NCBI GenBank assembly: GCA_043743335.1 | Contig: JAYTWR010000149.1 | Span: 11,924 to 75,923, forward strand | Direction: 5' to 3' | Source: Burkholderiales bacterium | Lineage (GTDB): Bacteria > Pseudomonadota > Gammaproteobacteria > Burkholderiales > SG8-41 | Length of the DNA: 64,000 nt | Shown: positions 46,549-54,885 of the stretch, piece after piece | How the letters are laid out: each line of letters opens with the position of its first letter | Position numbering within the stretch: position 1 is the stretch's first letter | Notes under the pieces: generated by a model | What the model saw: the letters and a program-made list of their open reading frames with translations, nothing else | Databases searched by the model: none | What the model was told of the DNA's origin: nothing | Position numbers and translations under genes: made by a program

Positions 46549-48642
46549 CTACTTCAGCCGCATCACCGCATCAACAGCTACCGCTCCGTGCCCGTCAACC
46601 CCCACAATCACCGGATTGATCTCCACCTCCGCCAGCCTATCCGCGTGATCGGCAATCAGCCACGACACGCGGCTGACCGTATCGGCTAGCGCGTCAATAT
46701 CGCACGCGGGTTTGCCGCGATAACCTTGCAGGATTTTCGCGCCCTTGAGGCGCAGCACGAGTTCTCGTGCGCTGGCCGCATCGAACGGCGCATAGGCACG
46801 CACCACGTCCTGAAACAGCTCGGCATACACGCCGCCCATGCCCAGCATGACCAACGGGCCGAATGAGGGGTTGTTGAGCGCGCCGATGATGAACTCGACG
46901 CCAGTGGCCATTTCTTCCACCAGCCAGCCACGGATGCGCGCCGTGGGTTGATGCGCAGGCACGGCCTGCTGCATCATCATAAGTGATTGTTTTAATTGAG
47001 TAATATTGGATATGCTAATACGCACGCCGCCGGCTTCGGTTTTGTGCGGCAAGTCGGGACTGACGACTTTGAGTGCCACCGGAAAATTCAGCTCACAGCG
47101 TGCGAGCGCGGCCTCGTCGCCCGCCGCGATGAACATCCGCCGGGGCGTGGCGATGCCGTAAGCGGCTAGGCAAGCTTTGCCCTGCAATTCATCCACGCCG
47201 TCGGTGCCGTTCATCGGCAGCGGCTGTTTTGCGCAAGCGCGCACCGGCGCGCGCCGCACGGCGGCCCGCTCGCACTGGCGTGTGAAATGATTCAATGCCG
47301 CAGCGGCAAACACCAAGCGGCTCGGCGCTTCAAAACACGGCACGCCGCCGGCTTCTACCGTCGGCAACCACGATGCTGAGTCGTTGACGGCACCGGAGAG
47401 GCTGACGAGTATGGGCTTATCACTGGCGTTGGCATCGGTGACAAAATGCTCGGCCCACACGGGCGCGTCGCGCCCTGGATACGAGCGCAAAAACAGCATG
47501 TCCACGTTGGCGTCATCGAGCACAGCTTGTGTGGCTGCGCGAAACGCGGGTTCGTTTTGTGCGATGGCGGCGGTGATGTCGATGGGGTTCGCCATCGACG
47601 CAAAATCCGGCAGCACGGGTTTTAACGCTGCCAGTGTCGACGCGCTCATAGCCGGCAGCGCCAACTGCGCGCGCTCGCAGGCATCAGCCAGCAACACCCC
47701 TGCTCCGCCGCTGGCGGTGACGATCGCGGCTCGGTTGCCGCGCGGGCGTTTGCGCGAACGAAACACGCGCGCGGCGTCAATCAAATCGTAAATTTCATGA
47801 ATCTCAATAAAGCCGCCTTCACGAAACGCGTCACGATAATAATCGTAATCTTCAGTGAGATTGGCCGTGTGCGACACCGCTGCGCGACTACCGGCGTGCG
47901 TGTTGCCGACTTTCCACACCGCGATGGGCTTACCGATTTCGAGCGCGCGGCGGCCCAGCGCGCGCAGGCGTTTGCCGTCGCTGATGCCTTCCATGTACAC
48001 CGCGATCAACTTGGTGGCTTCGTCGGCGAGAAAATACTCGATGAAATCCAGCGCACCCAAGCTGCTTTCATTGCCGGTAGAAACCATGTGGTCAAAGCCG
48101 ATGCCAGCTTCTTGGCAGAACGTCATGATCGAATAGGCAAAGCCGCCGCTCTGCGAAATCATCGCCACCGGCCCGCCGCGCCAATCGGTCTTGCGAAACG
48201 TCGCGCCGAATCCGGCAAACACGCGCGTGCGCAAATTCATCATACCGATGCAATTGGGCCCCACCGCGCGTACGCCGGAGGTTTTAAGCGCCGCCTGTAA
48301 TTGCGCTTCGAGCGCTGCACCCCGTTCGCCGATTTCGCGAAAGCCCGCGCTCAAAATCACCGCGTGGGTCATGCCGTTGCGCCCGCAGGCTTCGATGGCG
48401 CCGGGCACATCCACCGCCGGCACCGCGATGACCGCCAAATCACAGCGCTGCGGCAGCGCGTCGGGGCTGGCGTAACACGGCAAGCCGTTGATTTCGGTGT
48501 AGCGCGGATTCACCGCAAATACCTTACCGGCGTAGCCCTGATGCGTCAGCAAGTGCAGCGGCGCGCCACCCGGCCGACGCCTATCCTGCGTGGCGCCGAC
48601 AATGGCCACGGATGACGGGTTGAACAGCGGCTCTAGTGACAT
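46549..48642 (-). CDS. ADP-forming acyl-CoA synthetase (CoA-binding + succinyl-CoA-ligase-like + ATP-grasp fusion)
   Basis: SVAIVGAT...YAGKVFAVNP, AVGPNCIGMM, C-terminal ATP-grasp region; 697 aa. Contains an in-frame AT-rich element copy. Confidence 0.8.
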   Translation of the reverse strand: MSLEPLFNPSSVAIVGATQDRRRPGGAPLHLLTHQGYAGKVFAVNPRYTEINGLPCYASPDALPQRCDLAVIAVPAVDVPGAIEACGRNGMTHAVILSAGFREIGERGAALEAQLQAALKTSGVRAVGPNCIGMMNLRTRVFAGFGATFRKTDWRGGPVAMISQSGGFAYSIMTFCQEAGIGFDHMVSTGNESSLGALDFIEYFLADEATKLIAVYMEGISDGKRLRALGRRALEIGKPIAVWKVGNTHAGSRAAVSHTANLTEDYDYYRDAFREGGFIEIHEIYDLIDAARVFRSRKRPRGNRAAIVTASGGAGVLLADACERAQLALPAMSASTLAALKPVLPDFASMANPIDITAAIAQNEPAFRAATQAVLDDANVDMLFLRSYPGRDAPVWAEHFVTDANASDKPILVSLSGAVNDSASWLPTVEAGGVPCFEAPSRLVFAAAALNHFTRQCERAAVRRAPVRACAKQPLPMNGTDGVDELQGKACLAAYGIATPRRMFIAAGDEAALARCELNFPVALKVVSPDLPHKTEAGGVRISISNITQLKQSLMMMQQAVPAHQPTARIRGWLVEEMATGVEFIIGALNNPSFGPLVMLGMGGVYAELFQDVVRAYAPFDAASARELVLRLKGAKILQGYRGKPACDIDALADTVSRVSWLIADHADRLAEVEINPVIVGVDGHGAVAVDAVMRLK
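46980..47010 (-). repeat. AT-rich junction element copy inside a CDS, in frame (variant core 46980-46992)
   Basis: TAAGTGATTGTTTTAATTGAGTAATATTGGA. The reverse complement aligns to AAAATACTCAATAAAATCAATTAGTTA and encodes SNITQLKQSL in the acyl-CoA synthetase. Confidence 0.75.
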
Positions 48643-48672
48643 AACTAGTTGATTTTATTGAATATTTTTTAA
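48640..48672 (-). repeat. AT-rich junction element, exact core (48642-48654)
   Basis: CATAACTAGTTGATTTTATTGAATATTTTTTAA carries the acyl-CoA synthetase start codon, the deacetylase stop codon and the deacetylase tail LKNIQ. Confidence 0.85.
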
Positions 48673-49491
48673 GGAAAATTCTGTCGCTGCATCGCCCAGC
48701 CGCATGAACACTGCGCCGTTGTCCTTGAGCGTGCGAATCAGCTTTTCCAACACAATCATGCGATGCCCGCGCCCGATCACGAAGGGGTGAAACGTGTAGG
48801 TGATGACGCCCCAATCGAGGTGATCGTGCAGATAGGTGTAATCGTCCGTCCAGTTTTGCAGCACGTGATGCGCGTTCATATTGCCCTGCAAAATGGTGGT
48901 GTTGGTGCGCACGAATTCAAAATGCGGATAGTCGTCGAGTGACCAACTGATCGGCATTTCAATCAACTTCGTTTCTGCGCCAAAAATCGCCGGCTGTTCG
49001 AGCGTGATGACGTCACCCTGCCGCACGTAATACGGCGTGTAGTCGTCGCCCATCATACTGCTGTCGTACGCAAAGCCGTGCTTGAGCAACAACGCTACTG
49101 AGTGCGGGGACAAATCCCACGACGGCGAGCGGTAGCCACGCGCATACGCGCCGGTGAGTTTTTTGATTTGCGCGTTGGCGCGGACGAGCCCGGCTTCTTC
49201 TTCATCGCCTGTCATCGCGGCGGGCGGCACGTGTGTCCAGCCGTGGTGGCCGATTTCGTGGCCGGCGTCAAACACGCGCTGGCATTGATCGGGGTAGGTT
49301 TCCAGTGTGTGGCCGGGAATGTACCAGCTAGACTGAATGCCGTATTTTTTCAGCAAATTCAGTATGCGCTGCGCCCCCACGTTTGCGCCAAACTCGCCGC
49401 GCGAGATCGGTGACGGCGACGTCATGCCGCGCGAAATAAAACCCGATAGGGCGTCGAAATCAAAAGTCAGGCAAGCAATGTGTTTTTTCAT
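48655..49491 (-). CDS. polysaccharide deacetylase family protein
   Basis: ACLTFDFD, HGWTH. Start at MKKHIA; the longer ORF to 49575 translates a 12-bp tandem repeat (HRNAHRNAHR). Confidence 0.75.
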   Translation of the reverse strand: MKKHIACLTFDFDALSGFISRGMTSPSPISRGEFGANVGAQRILNLLKKYGIQSSWYIPGHTLETYPDQCQRVFDAGHEIGHHGWTHVPPAAMTGDEEEAGLVRANAQIKKLTGAYARGYRSPSWDLSPHSVALLLKHGFAYDSSMMGDDYTPYYVRQGDVITLEQPAIFGAETKLIEMPISWSLDDYPHFEFVRTNTTILQGNMNAHHVLQNWTDDYTYLHDHLDWGVITYTFHPFVIGRGHRMIVLEKLIRTLKDNGAVFMRLGDAATEFSLKNIQ

Positions 49492-49511
49492 GACGTTTCC
49501 GATGCGCTGTC

Positions 49512-49547
49512 GATGGGCATTACGATGGGCATTACGATGGACATTAG
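49512..49547. repeat. 12-bp tandem repeat x3 upstream of the deacetylase gene
   Basis: GATGGGCATTAC GATGGGCATTAC GATGGACATTAG, about 20 nt upstream of the start at 49491. Confidence 0.9.
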
Positions 49548-49688
49548 CGTGATGCATTTTAGCCGGTTTCGCCACGACGGCTGTGCAGTACAGGCGTGTG
49601 GACTTGACCGGCTACGCGTGGTTCGAGATACTCGCTCGCGCTTCGGACGAGCCACACAATCGCGCCGTGGCGTACACCCTTGAAAAGC

Positions 49689-49730
49689 GCCATTCGACAT
49701 CCGCCATCCGACATTCGCCATCCGCGCCAC
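49689..49730. repeat. 14-bp tandem repeat x3 upstream of the LLM oxidoreductase gene
   Basis: GCCATTCGACATCC GCCATCCGACATTC GCCATCCGCGCCAC, ending 12 nt before the ATG at 49743. Confidence 0.85.
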
Positions 49731-49742
49731 CAAGGACCACCA

Positions 49743-50834
49743 ATGAAGCTCGCTACATTCATGATGCCGCTCCACCCGCCGGGTAAGAGCTATCCGCAAT
49801 CGCTGCGCGAAGATCGCGAGGCCATTATTCTCGCCGACGAGCTCGGCTATGAAGAAGCCTATGTCGGCGAACACGTCACCGACGCCGCAGAAACCGTCAC
49901 GCACTGCATGACCTTTCTCGCCACGCTGATTCACGCCACCAAGCGCATTAAGCTCGGCACCGGCACTATCAATATTCCGACGTCGCATCCGGCGGCCATT
50001 GCCGCCCAGGTGGCGATGATGGATAACCTGCTCGAAGGGCGCTTCATCATGGGCATTAGCCCCGGCGGGCTGGCGTCTGACGCTGAGGTGTTCGGCAATC
50101 TGGACAAAGACCGCAACGCCATGTTTGTCGAGGGCATCAACATGGTGCTCAAGATCTGGGAATCCGAGCCGCCGTATAACCTTGAAGGCAAATACTGGAA
50201 AGTCACCACCGAAAAAACCAGCATTCCTGAAATCGGTCAGGGCCGTATCCTGCGCCCGTTCCAGAAGCCGCATCCGCCTATCGTCGGCACGGTCGTGGCA
50301 CCGTACTCGAAAGGCGTCATTGCGATGGCAGAGCGCGGCTGGCTGCCGATTTCAGCCAATTTTTTGATGCCCGCATGGGTGAAAACCCATTGGCCGAATT
50401 ACGCCGAAGGCAAAAAAAATATCGGCCAGGTTGCCGATACCGCAGACTGGCGCATCGCCAAAAGTATTTTTGTCGCCGACGACGAAGCCACAGCGCAGCG
50501 CTACGGTAAATCGGCAGAAGGCCCGTATCACTTTTATTTCAAGCAACTGGTGCGCAAGCTGGTGGGCTTTAGCGGGCGCAGTAATTTATTCAAGGTCGAT
50601 CAAAGCATGCCGGATTCGGCGATTACGCCAGAGTACGTCACCGACAAGCTGGTGCTCGCCGGCACGGTCAACAGCGTGGTCGATCAGATACTCGCGTTTC
50701 GTGAAGCCGTCGGCGACTTCGGCACGCTGGTTTACGCCTGCCACGACTGGATCGATCCGGCGCTGGGCAAGCGCAGCATGCAGTTGATGGCGGAGCAGGT
50801 GATGCCGAAGGTCAATGCGGCTCTGGGAAAATAG
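49743..50834 (+). CDS. LLM-class (luciferase-like) flavin-dependent oxidoreductase
   Basis: MKLATFMMPLHPP...GYEEAYVGEH is typical of the LLM family. The upstream in-frame extension is tandem-repeat sequence. Confidence 0.8.
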   Translation: MKLATFMMPLHPPGKSYPQSLREDREAIILADELGYEEAYVGEHVTDAAETVTHCMTFLATLIHATKRIKLGTGTINIPTSHPAAIAAQVAMMDNLLEGRFIMGISPGGLASDAEVFGNLDKDRNAMFVEGINMVLKIWESEPPYNLEGKYWKVTTEKTSIPEIGQGRILRPFQKPHPPIVGTVVAPYSKGVIAMAERGWLPISANFLMPAWVKTHWPNYAEGKKNIGQVADTADWRIAKSIFVADDEATAQRYGKSAEGPYHFYFKQLVRKLVGFSGRSNLFKVDQSMPDSAITPEYVTDKLVLAGTVNSVVDQILAFREAVGDFGTLVYACHDWIDPALGKRSMQLMAEQVMPKVNAALGK

Positions 50835-50840
50835 AACAAT

Positions 50841-50863
50841 CCATATAAATCAAGGAGTTACAT
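50841..50863 (+). repeat. AT-rich junction element, exact core AATCAAGGAGTTA (50848-50860)
   Basis: CCATATAAATCAAGGAGTTACAT. The variable NNNN is GGAG, giving the AAGGAG SD of the downstream TTG-start gene. Confidence 0.7.
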
Positions 50864-51862
50864 TTGTTAAACGTCGCAGTCGTCGGCATGGGTTGGTGGG
50901 GCAAAATCATTGTTCCGCTAATCAAGACCAGTGCAAAACTCAGTGTCACTACCGTCGTGGAAGTGAATGCACCGGCGATCGCGGATTTTGCGCAGGCGCA
51001 AGGCGTCAAAGTGGTTACCGATTTCAATGCCGTGCTGCGCGATCCGACAATACAGGCCGTGGTGCTGGCGACGCCGCACACGCTGCATACCGATCAAATC
51101 GTCGCTGCGGCCAACGCTGGCAAGCACATCTACTGCGAAAAGCCGCTGTCGATGACGCGCGCCGACGTGTTGCGCGCGATCCAATCGGTCAACGACAACA
51201 AGGTGGCGCTGGCGGTGGGCCACGAGCGGCGCTTTGAGCCGCCGATTATCGAGGCCATGCGCGTGATTCGTTCCGGCGAGCTGGGCGTGCCACTGCAAAT
51301 CGAAGCCAATTTCAGCCAGGATAAATTTCTCACGCTGCCGGCCGATAACTGGCGGCTGTCTGGCAAAGAAGCGCCGGCCGGCCCGATGACGGCGACCGGC
51401 ATTCATCTGCTGGATCTGTCGGTGGGCGTGTTTGGCGAGGCCGAGCGCGTGTTCGCCAGTTGCAAACAACTCGGCAGTCAGCTCGTCAACGGCGATACGC
51501 TGGCCATTCTGGTGTCGTTCAAAAACGGCGGGCATGCGCTGTTGAGCGCCATCCTCGCCACGCCGTTTGAAGGCCGCTTCGCGGTCTATTGCACCAAGGG
51601 CTGGATCGAGGTGCGCGACAAAACCCATCCCGAAGCACCGGAAGGCTGGACGCTCACCACCACGCATCAGGGCGGCAAGCGCGAAGTGCGGGAATACGCC
51701 CCGGCGTCCACCGTGCTCGCCAATCTGGAAGCGTTTGCTGATGCCGCAGCGGGCCGCGCGCCCTACCCCGTGCCGCAGTCGCAGATGATTGCTAATATTT
51801 CCGCGCTGGAAGCCATTTTCAAATCTGCATCCAGTGGCGAAATCGTCGCGGTGGAATCGTGA
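50864..51862 (+). CDS. Gfo/Idh/MocA family oxidoreductase (TTG start)
   Basis: VAVVGMGWWGK Rossmann N-terminus and EKPL; AAGGAG SD 6 nt upstream. Confidence 0.8.
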   Translation: MLNVAVVGMGWWGKIIVPLIKTSAKLSVTTVVEVNAPAIADFAQAQGVKVVTDFNAVLRDPTIQAVVLATPHTLHTDQIVAAANAGKHIYCEKPLSMTRADVLRAIQSVNDNKVALAVGHERRFEPPIIEAMRVIRSGELGVPLQIEANFSQDKFLTLPADNWRLSGKEAPAGPMTATGIHLLDLSVGVFGEAERVFASCKQLGSQLVNGDTLAILVSFKNGGHALLSAILATPFEGRFAVYCTKGWIEVRDKTHPEAPEGWTLTTTHQGGKREVREYAPASTVLANLEAFADAAAGRAPYPVPQSQMIANISALEAIFKSASSGEIVAVES

Positions 51863-51921
51863 GCCATGCCACGCCGGTTTATAATACGCGTTAGTAACTA
51901 TCTGATACCGTTGGAGGTTGT

Positions 51922-52767
51922 ATGAAGCTGTGCCGCTATGGAAAAGAAGGTAACGAAAAACCCGGCATCATTGATGCGCAAGGCAAGCTGCGTGATTTGT
52001 CTAAAGTGGTCGGCGCGCTGGACGCTGAAACGCTGTCGCCACGCAATCTGGCGCGCATCACCAAGATCAAGCCAGAAACACTGGCTGTCGTCACGGGCAC
52101 GCCGCGTTTTGGCGTGCCGTTCACCGGCATTTCGAAATACGTTGCTATTGGCTTGAATTATTCCGATCACGCCGCTGAAGCCGGCATGGCGGTGCCCACC
52201 GAGCCGATTATTTTCATGAAGGCCACCACCAGCATTTGCGGCCCGAACGACGACACTATCATCCCGCGTCATTCCACCAAGTTGGATTGGGAATGCGAGC
52301 TGGCGATTGTTATCGGTACCAAGGCCCAGTACGTGAGCGAAGAAGATTCGCTCAACTACGTGGCCGGTTATTGCGTGGCCAACGATGTTTCCGAACGCGC
52401 GTGGCAGTTGCAATCGTCGCAGTGGGACAAGGGCAAGGGCTGCGATACCTTCGGCCCCATCGGCCCGTGGCTGGTGACCACCGAGGAAATGACCGACGCG
52501 CAAAATCTGGATATGTGGCTGAACGTCAACGGCCAGCGCATGCAGGCCGGCAACACCCGCACCATGATTTTCGGTGTGCGCAAAATCATTTCGTACTGCA
52601 GCCACTACATGACGTTGCTGCCCGGCGATGTCATCTGCACCGGCACTCCGCCTGGCGTGGGTATGGGCAAAAAGCCCAACCCCATCTGGCTTAAAGCCGG
52701 TGACGTGGTGACACTGGGCATCGAAGGCTTGGGGCAGCAACAGCAAAAGATCGTTGCCGCGTCGTAA
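51922..52767 (+). CDS. fumarylacetoacetate hydrolase (FAH) family protein
   Basis: GLNYSDHAAE, ELAIVIG, GDVICTGTPPGVG; GGAGG SD. Confidence 0.85.
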   Translation: MKLCRYGKEGNEKPGIIDAQGKLRDLSKVVGALDAETLSPRNLARITKIKPETLAVVTGTPRFGVPFTGISKYVAIGLNYSDHAAEAGMAVPTEPIIFMKATTSICGPNDDTIIPRHSTKLDWECELAIVIGTKAQYVSEEDSLNYVAGYCVANDVSERAWQLQSSQWDKGKGCDTFGPIGPWLVTTEEMTDAQNLDMWLNVNGQRMQAGNTRTMIFGVRKIISYCSHYMTLLPGDVICTGTPPGVGMGKKPNPIWLKAGDVVTLGIEGLGQQQQKIVAAS

Positions 52768-52808
52768 TTAAATAACCCATTGATTTTTAACAGTTTTAGT
52801 ATTTTATT
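52768..52808 (-). repeat. AT-rich junction element, exact core (52773-52785)
   Basis: TTAAATAACCCATTGATTTTTAACAGTTTTAGTATTTTATT fills the entire FAH-Gfo spacer. Its left arm TTAAATAACCCA is shared with the 54841 copy. Confidence 0.75.
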
Positions 52809-53783
52809 ATGATTAACGCAGCCATCGTCGGCCTCGGCTGGTGGGGAAAAACCATCGTCAATGCGGTGCAGGGTAAAAGCGAAAAAATTCGCTTCGTGCA
52901 CGGCGTCAGCCACGAACCCGACGCGGTGCGTGAATACGCTAGGGAACAAGGCTTCACCCTCAGCACCACGCTCGACGCTGCGCTCGCTGACCCGCAAGTG
53001 CAGGTAGTCTGGCTGGCGACGCCGCACTCCACCCACCGCACGCTGCTGGAACAAGTGGCCGCCGCTGGCAAGCCGGTGTTTTGTGAAAAGCCTTTTGCGC
53101 TCAAATTTGCCGACGCGTTGGCGATGGTGGATGCCTGCAAAAAGGCGCAGGTGCCGGTGGGCGTGGGGCAGAACAAACGCTTTTGGCCGTCTATGGCCGA
53201 ACTGCGACGTGTGGTGGCCAGTGGTGCGCTGGGTCGCGTGCTGCACATTGAGGGGCATTACAGTAACGAGAATTCGAGCAATTTCTTCGCGCCGTGGCGC
53301 GATTTACCCAGCGAGACGCCCGGCGCAGGTATGACCGGCACCGGCATTCATATTCTTGATGCGTTCACCAACCTTGCCGGCCCCACGGCAGAAGTTAACG
53401 CGCAGTTTGTCTCCACGCAAGCGGGCCACAATCCGCTGGATACCATCAGCGTGCTGTTTAAATTTGCTAATGGCGTGAGTGGCTTTTTGGGCGCGGTGCG
53501 CCCGTCACCATTTTATTGGCGGGTACAGGTGTTCGGCGACAAAGGTTCAGCCGAAGCGCTGGGCGAAACCGAATGTATTACGCGCCTGTCGGGCGGCAAA
53601 ACCGAGCGCAAAGAATTCCCCAAAATTGATTCACTGCTGGCAGAAATCGAGTATTTCGCCGACGCGGTCGCCGGCAAAGCGCCCTACCCTATTACGCCGG
53701 ATGAAATCATCAATACCATCGGCGCGTTTGAGGCGATCACCACGTCGATTGAGACGGGCAAGCCGGTGAAATTGACCGGCTAG
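52809..53783 (+). CDS. Gfo/Idh/MocA family oxidoreductase
   Basis: AAIVGLGWWGK and CEKPF; paralogue of 50864-51862. Confidence 0.8.
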   Translation: MINAAIVGLGWWGKTIVNAVQGKSEKIRFVHGVSHEPDAVREYAREQGFTLSTTLDAALADPQVQVVWLATPHSTHRTLLEQVAAAGKPVFCEKPFALKFADALAMVDACKKAQVPVGVGQNKRFWPSMAELRRVVASGALGRVLHIEGHYSNENSSNFFAPWRDLPSETPGAGMTGTGIHILDAFTNLAGPTAEVNAQFVSTQAGHNPLDTISVLFKFANGVSGFLGAVRPSPFYWRVQVFGDKGSAEALGETECITRLSGGKTERKEFPKIDSLLAEIEYFADAVAGKAPYPITPDEIINTIGAFEAITTSIETGKPVKLTG

Positions 53784-53803
53784 ACGAATCGGCGTCACAA
53801 AAA

Positions 53804-53839
53804 AGCCCGGCGCAGTTTTACACTGCGCCGGGCTTTTTG
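53804..53839. terminator. bidirectional rho-independent terminator
   Basis: AAAAAGCCCGGCGCAG...CTGCGCCGGGCTTTTT: a 12-bp GC stem flanked by an A-run and a T-run, between convergent genes. Confidence 0.85.
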
Positions 53840-53854
53840 TTGAAATGCGCAGGA

Positions 53855-54667
53855 TCAGTTGGGCTTTTGCAGCAACACCTGATGCGGTGCTGGCACCGGC
53901 CACACGTGAGTGGCGCCTACTTCGGCAATGGCCTTGTTGGCGTCAAAAAACACCTGCCAGTAATCTTTGTTATTGCAGTACGGGCGCACACCCAGCAAGG
54001 TGCCCGCTGCGTTGAATTCCAGAATTTCCACGTCCGGCGCGGGGCTTTTCACCACATTGGGCAGTAGCGCCAGGCGCGTCTTGAGCTTGGCTATGGCGTC
54101 GCGGGGATCAACGCTGTGCGCGAGCTGGCATTTCAAATCGACACGACGATACGGATTGGCCGTGTAGTTGACGACATTATCGGCAAGTATTTTGCCGTTG
54201 CCGACATACACGCGCAGATTGTCCACCGTATGCAGCGTGGTGACGAACATGCCCATTTCCACCACGTCGCCCGTGACGCCGCCTGCTGTGATCATGTCGC
54301 CCACTTTGAACGGGCGCAGCAGTACCAAAAACGCACCGGCAGCAAAATTCGCCAACAGGCCTGACCATGCCGCGCCAATGGCGATACCCGCCGCTGCAAG
54401 CAGTGCAGCAAAGCTGGTGGTCTCGATGCCGAACACCGACAGTACCGCGAGCACCAACACGATACGCAGCAACACGCGGATACACGAATCTGCGTATTTG
54501 ATTAACGTGGGGTCAACCTTGCGCGACGTCATGCCGTCGGTCGCCAATTTCAACAAAAAGTTGATGACAAATCCACCGATAATCCAAAGCGCAATCGCCC
54601 CCAATATTTTGGTGCCGGCATTCAGCGCGTAGGTGGTGAGTAATTGCGTGTTAATCCAATCGGGCAT
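53855..54667 (-). CDS. small-conductance mechanosensitive channel (MscS family)
   Basis: Three N-terminal TM helices, then LRPFKVGDMI...G.V.E..MF.T. Confidence 0.85.
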   Translation of the reverse strand: MPDWINTQLLTTYALNAGTKILGAIALWIIGGFVINFLLKLATDGMTSRKVDPTLIKYADSCIRVLLRIVLVLAVLSVFGIETTSFAALLAAAGIAIGAAWSGLLANFAAGAFLVLLRPFKVGDMITAGGVTGDVVEMGMFVTTLHTVDNLRVYVGNGKILADNVVNYTANPYRRVDLKCQLAHSVDPRDAIAKLKTRLALLPNVVKSPAPDVEILEFNAAGTLLGVRPYCNNKDYWQVFFDANKAIAEVGATHVWPVPAPHQVLLQKPN

Positions 54668-54694
54668 GGTGGCTCCTTTTTGTGCTTATAAATC

Positions 54695-54712
54695 GGGATG
54701 GGGATGGGGATG
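54695..54712. repeat. 6-bp tandem repeat (GGGATG) x3 upstream of the MscS gene
   Basis: GGGATGGGGATGGGGATG, about 30 nt upstream of the start at 54667. Confidence 0.85.
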
Positions 54713-54840
54713 AAAGTTGCGAGGCGCCGCAAGCGCTCAGCGCGCGACAGGGGCATGCTACGCCCGCGCACGGGGCCACGCCAGTGGCTTAGCCGGGGTT
54801 TACAAATAAATTACGAGCGCTGACGACCCAGGAAGAAGAA

Positions 54841-54876
54841 TTTTAAATAACCCAATAAAATCAATTACTTAAATAG
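54841..54876 (+). repeat. AT-rich junction element, exact core (54859-54871)
   Basis: TTTTAAATAACCCAATAAAATCAATTACTTAAATAG, 10 nt beyond the prpE-like stop codon. Confidence 0.85.
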
Positions 54877-54885
54877 ATATCGCCA

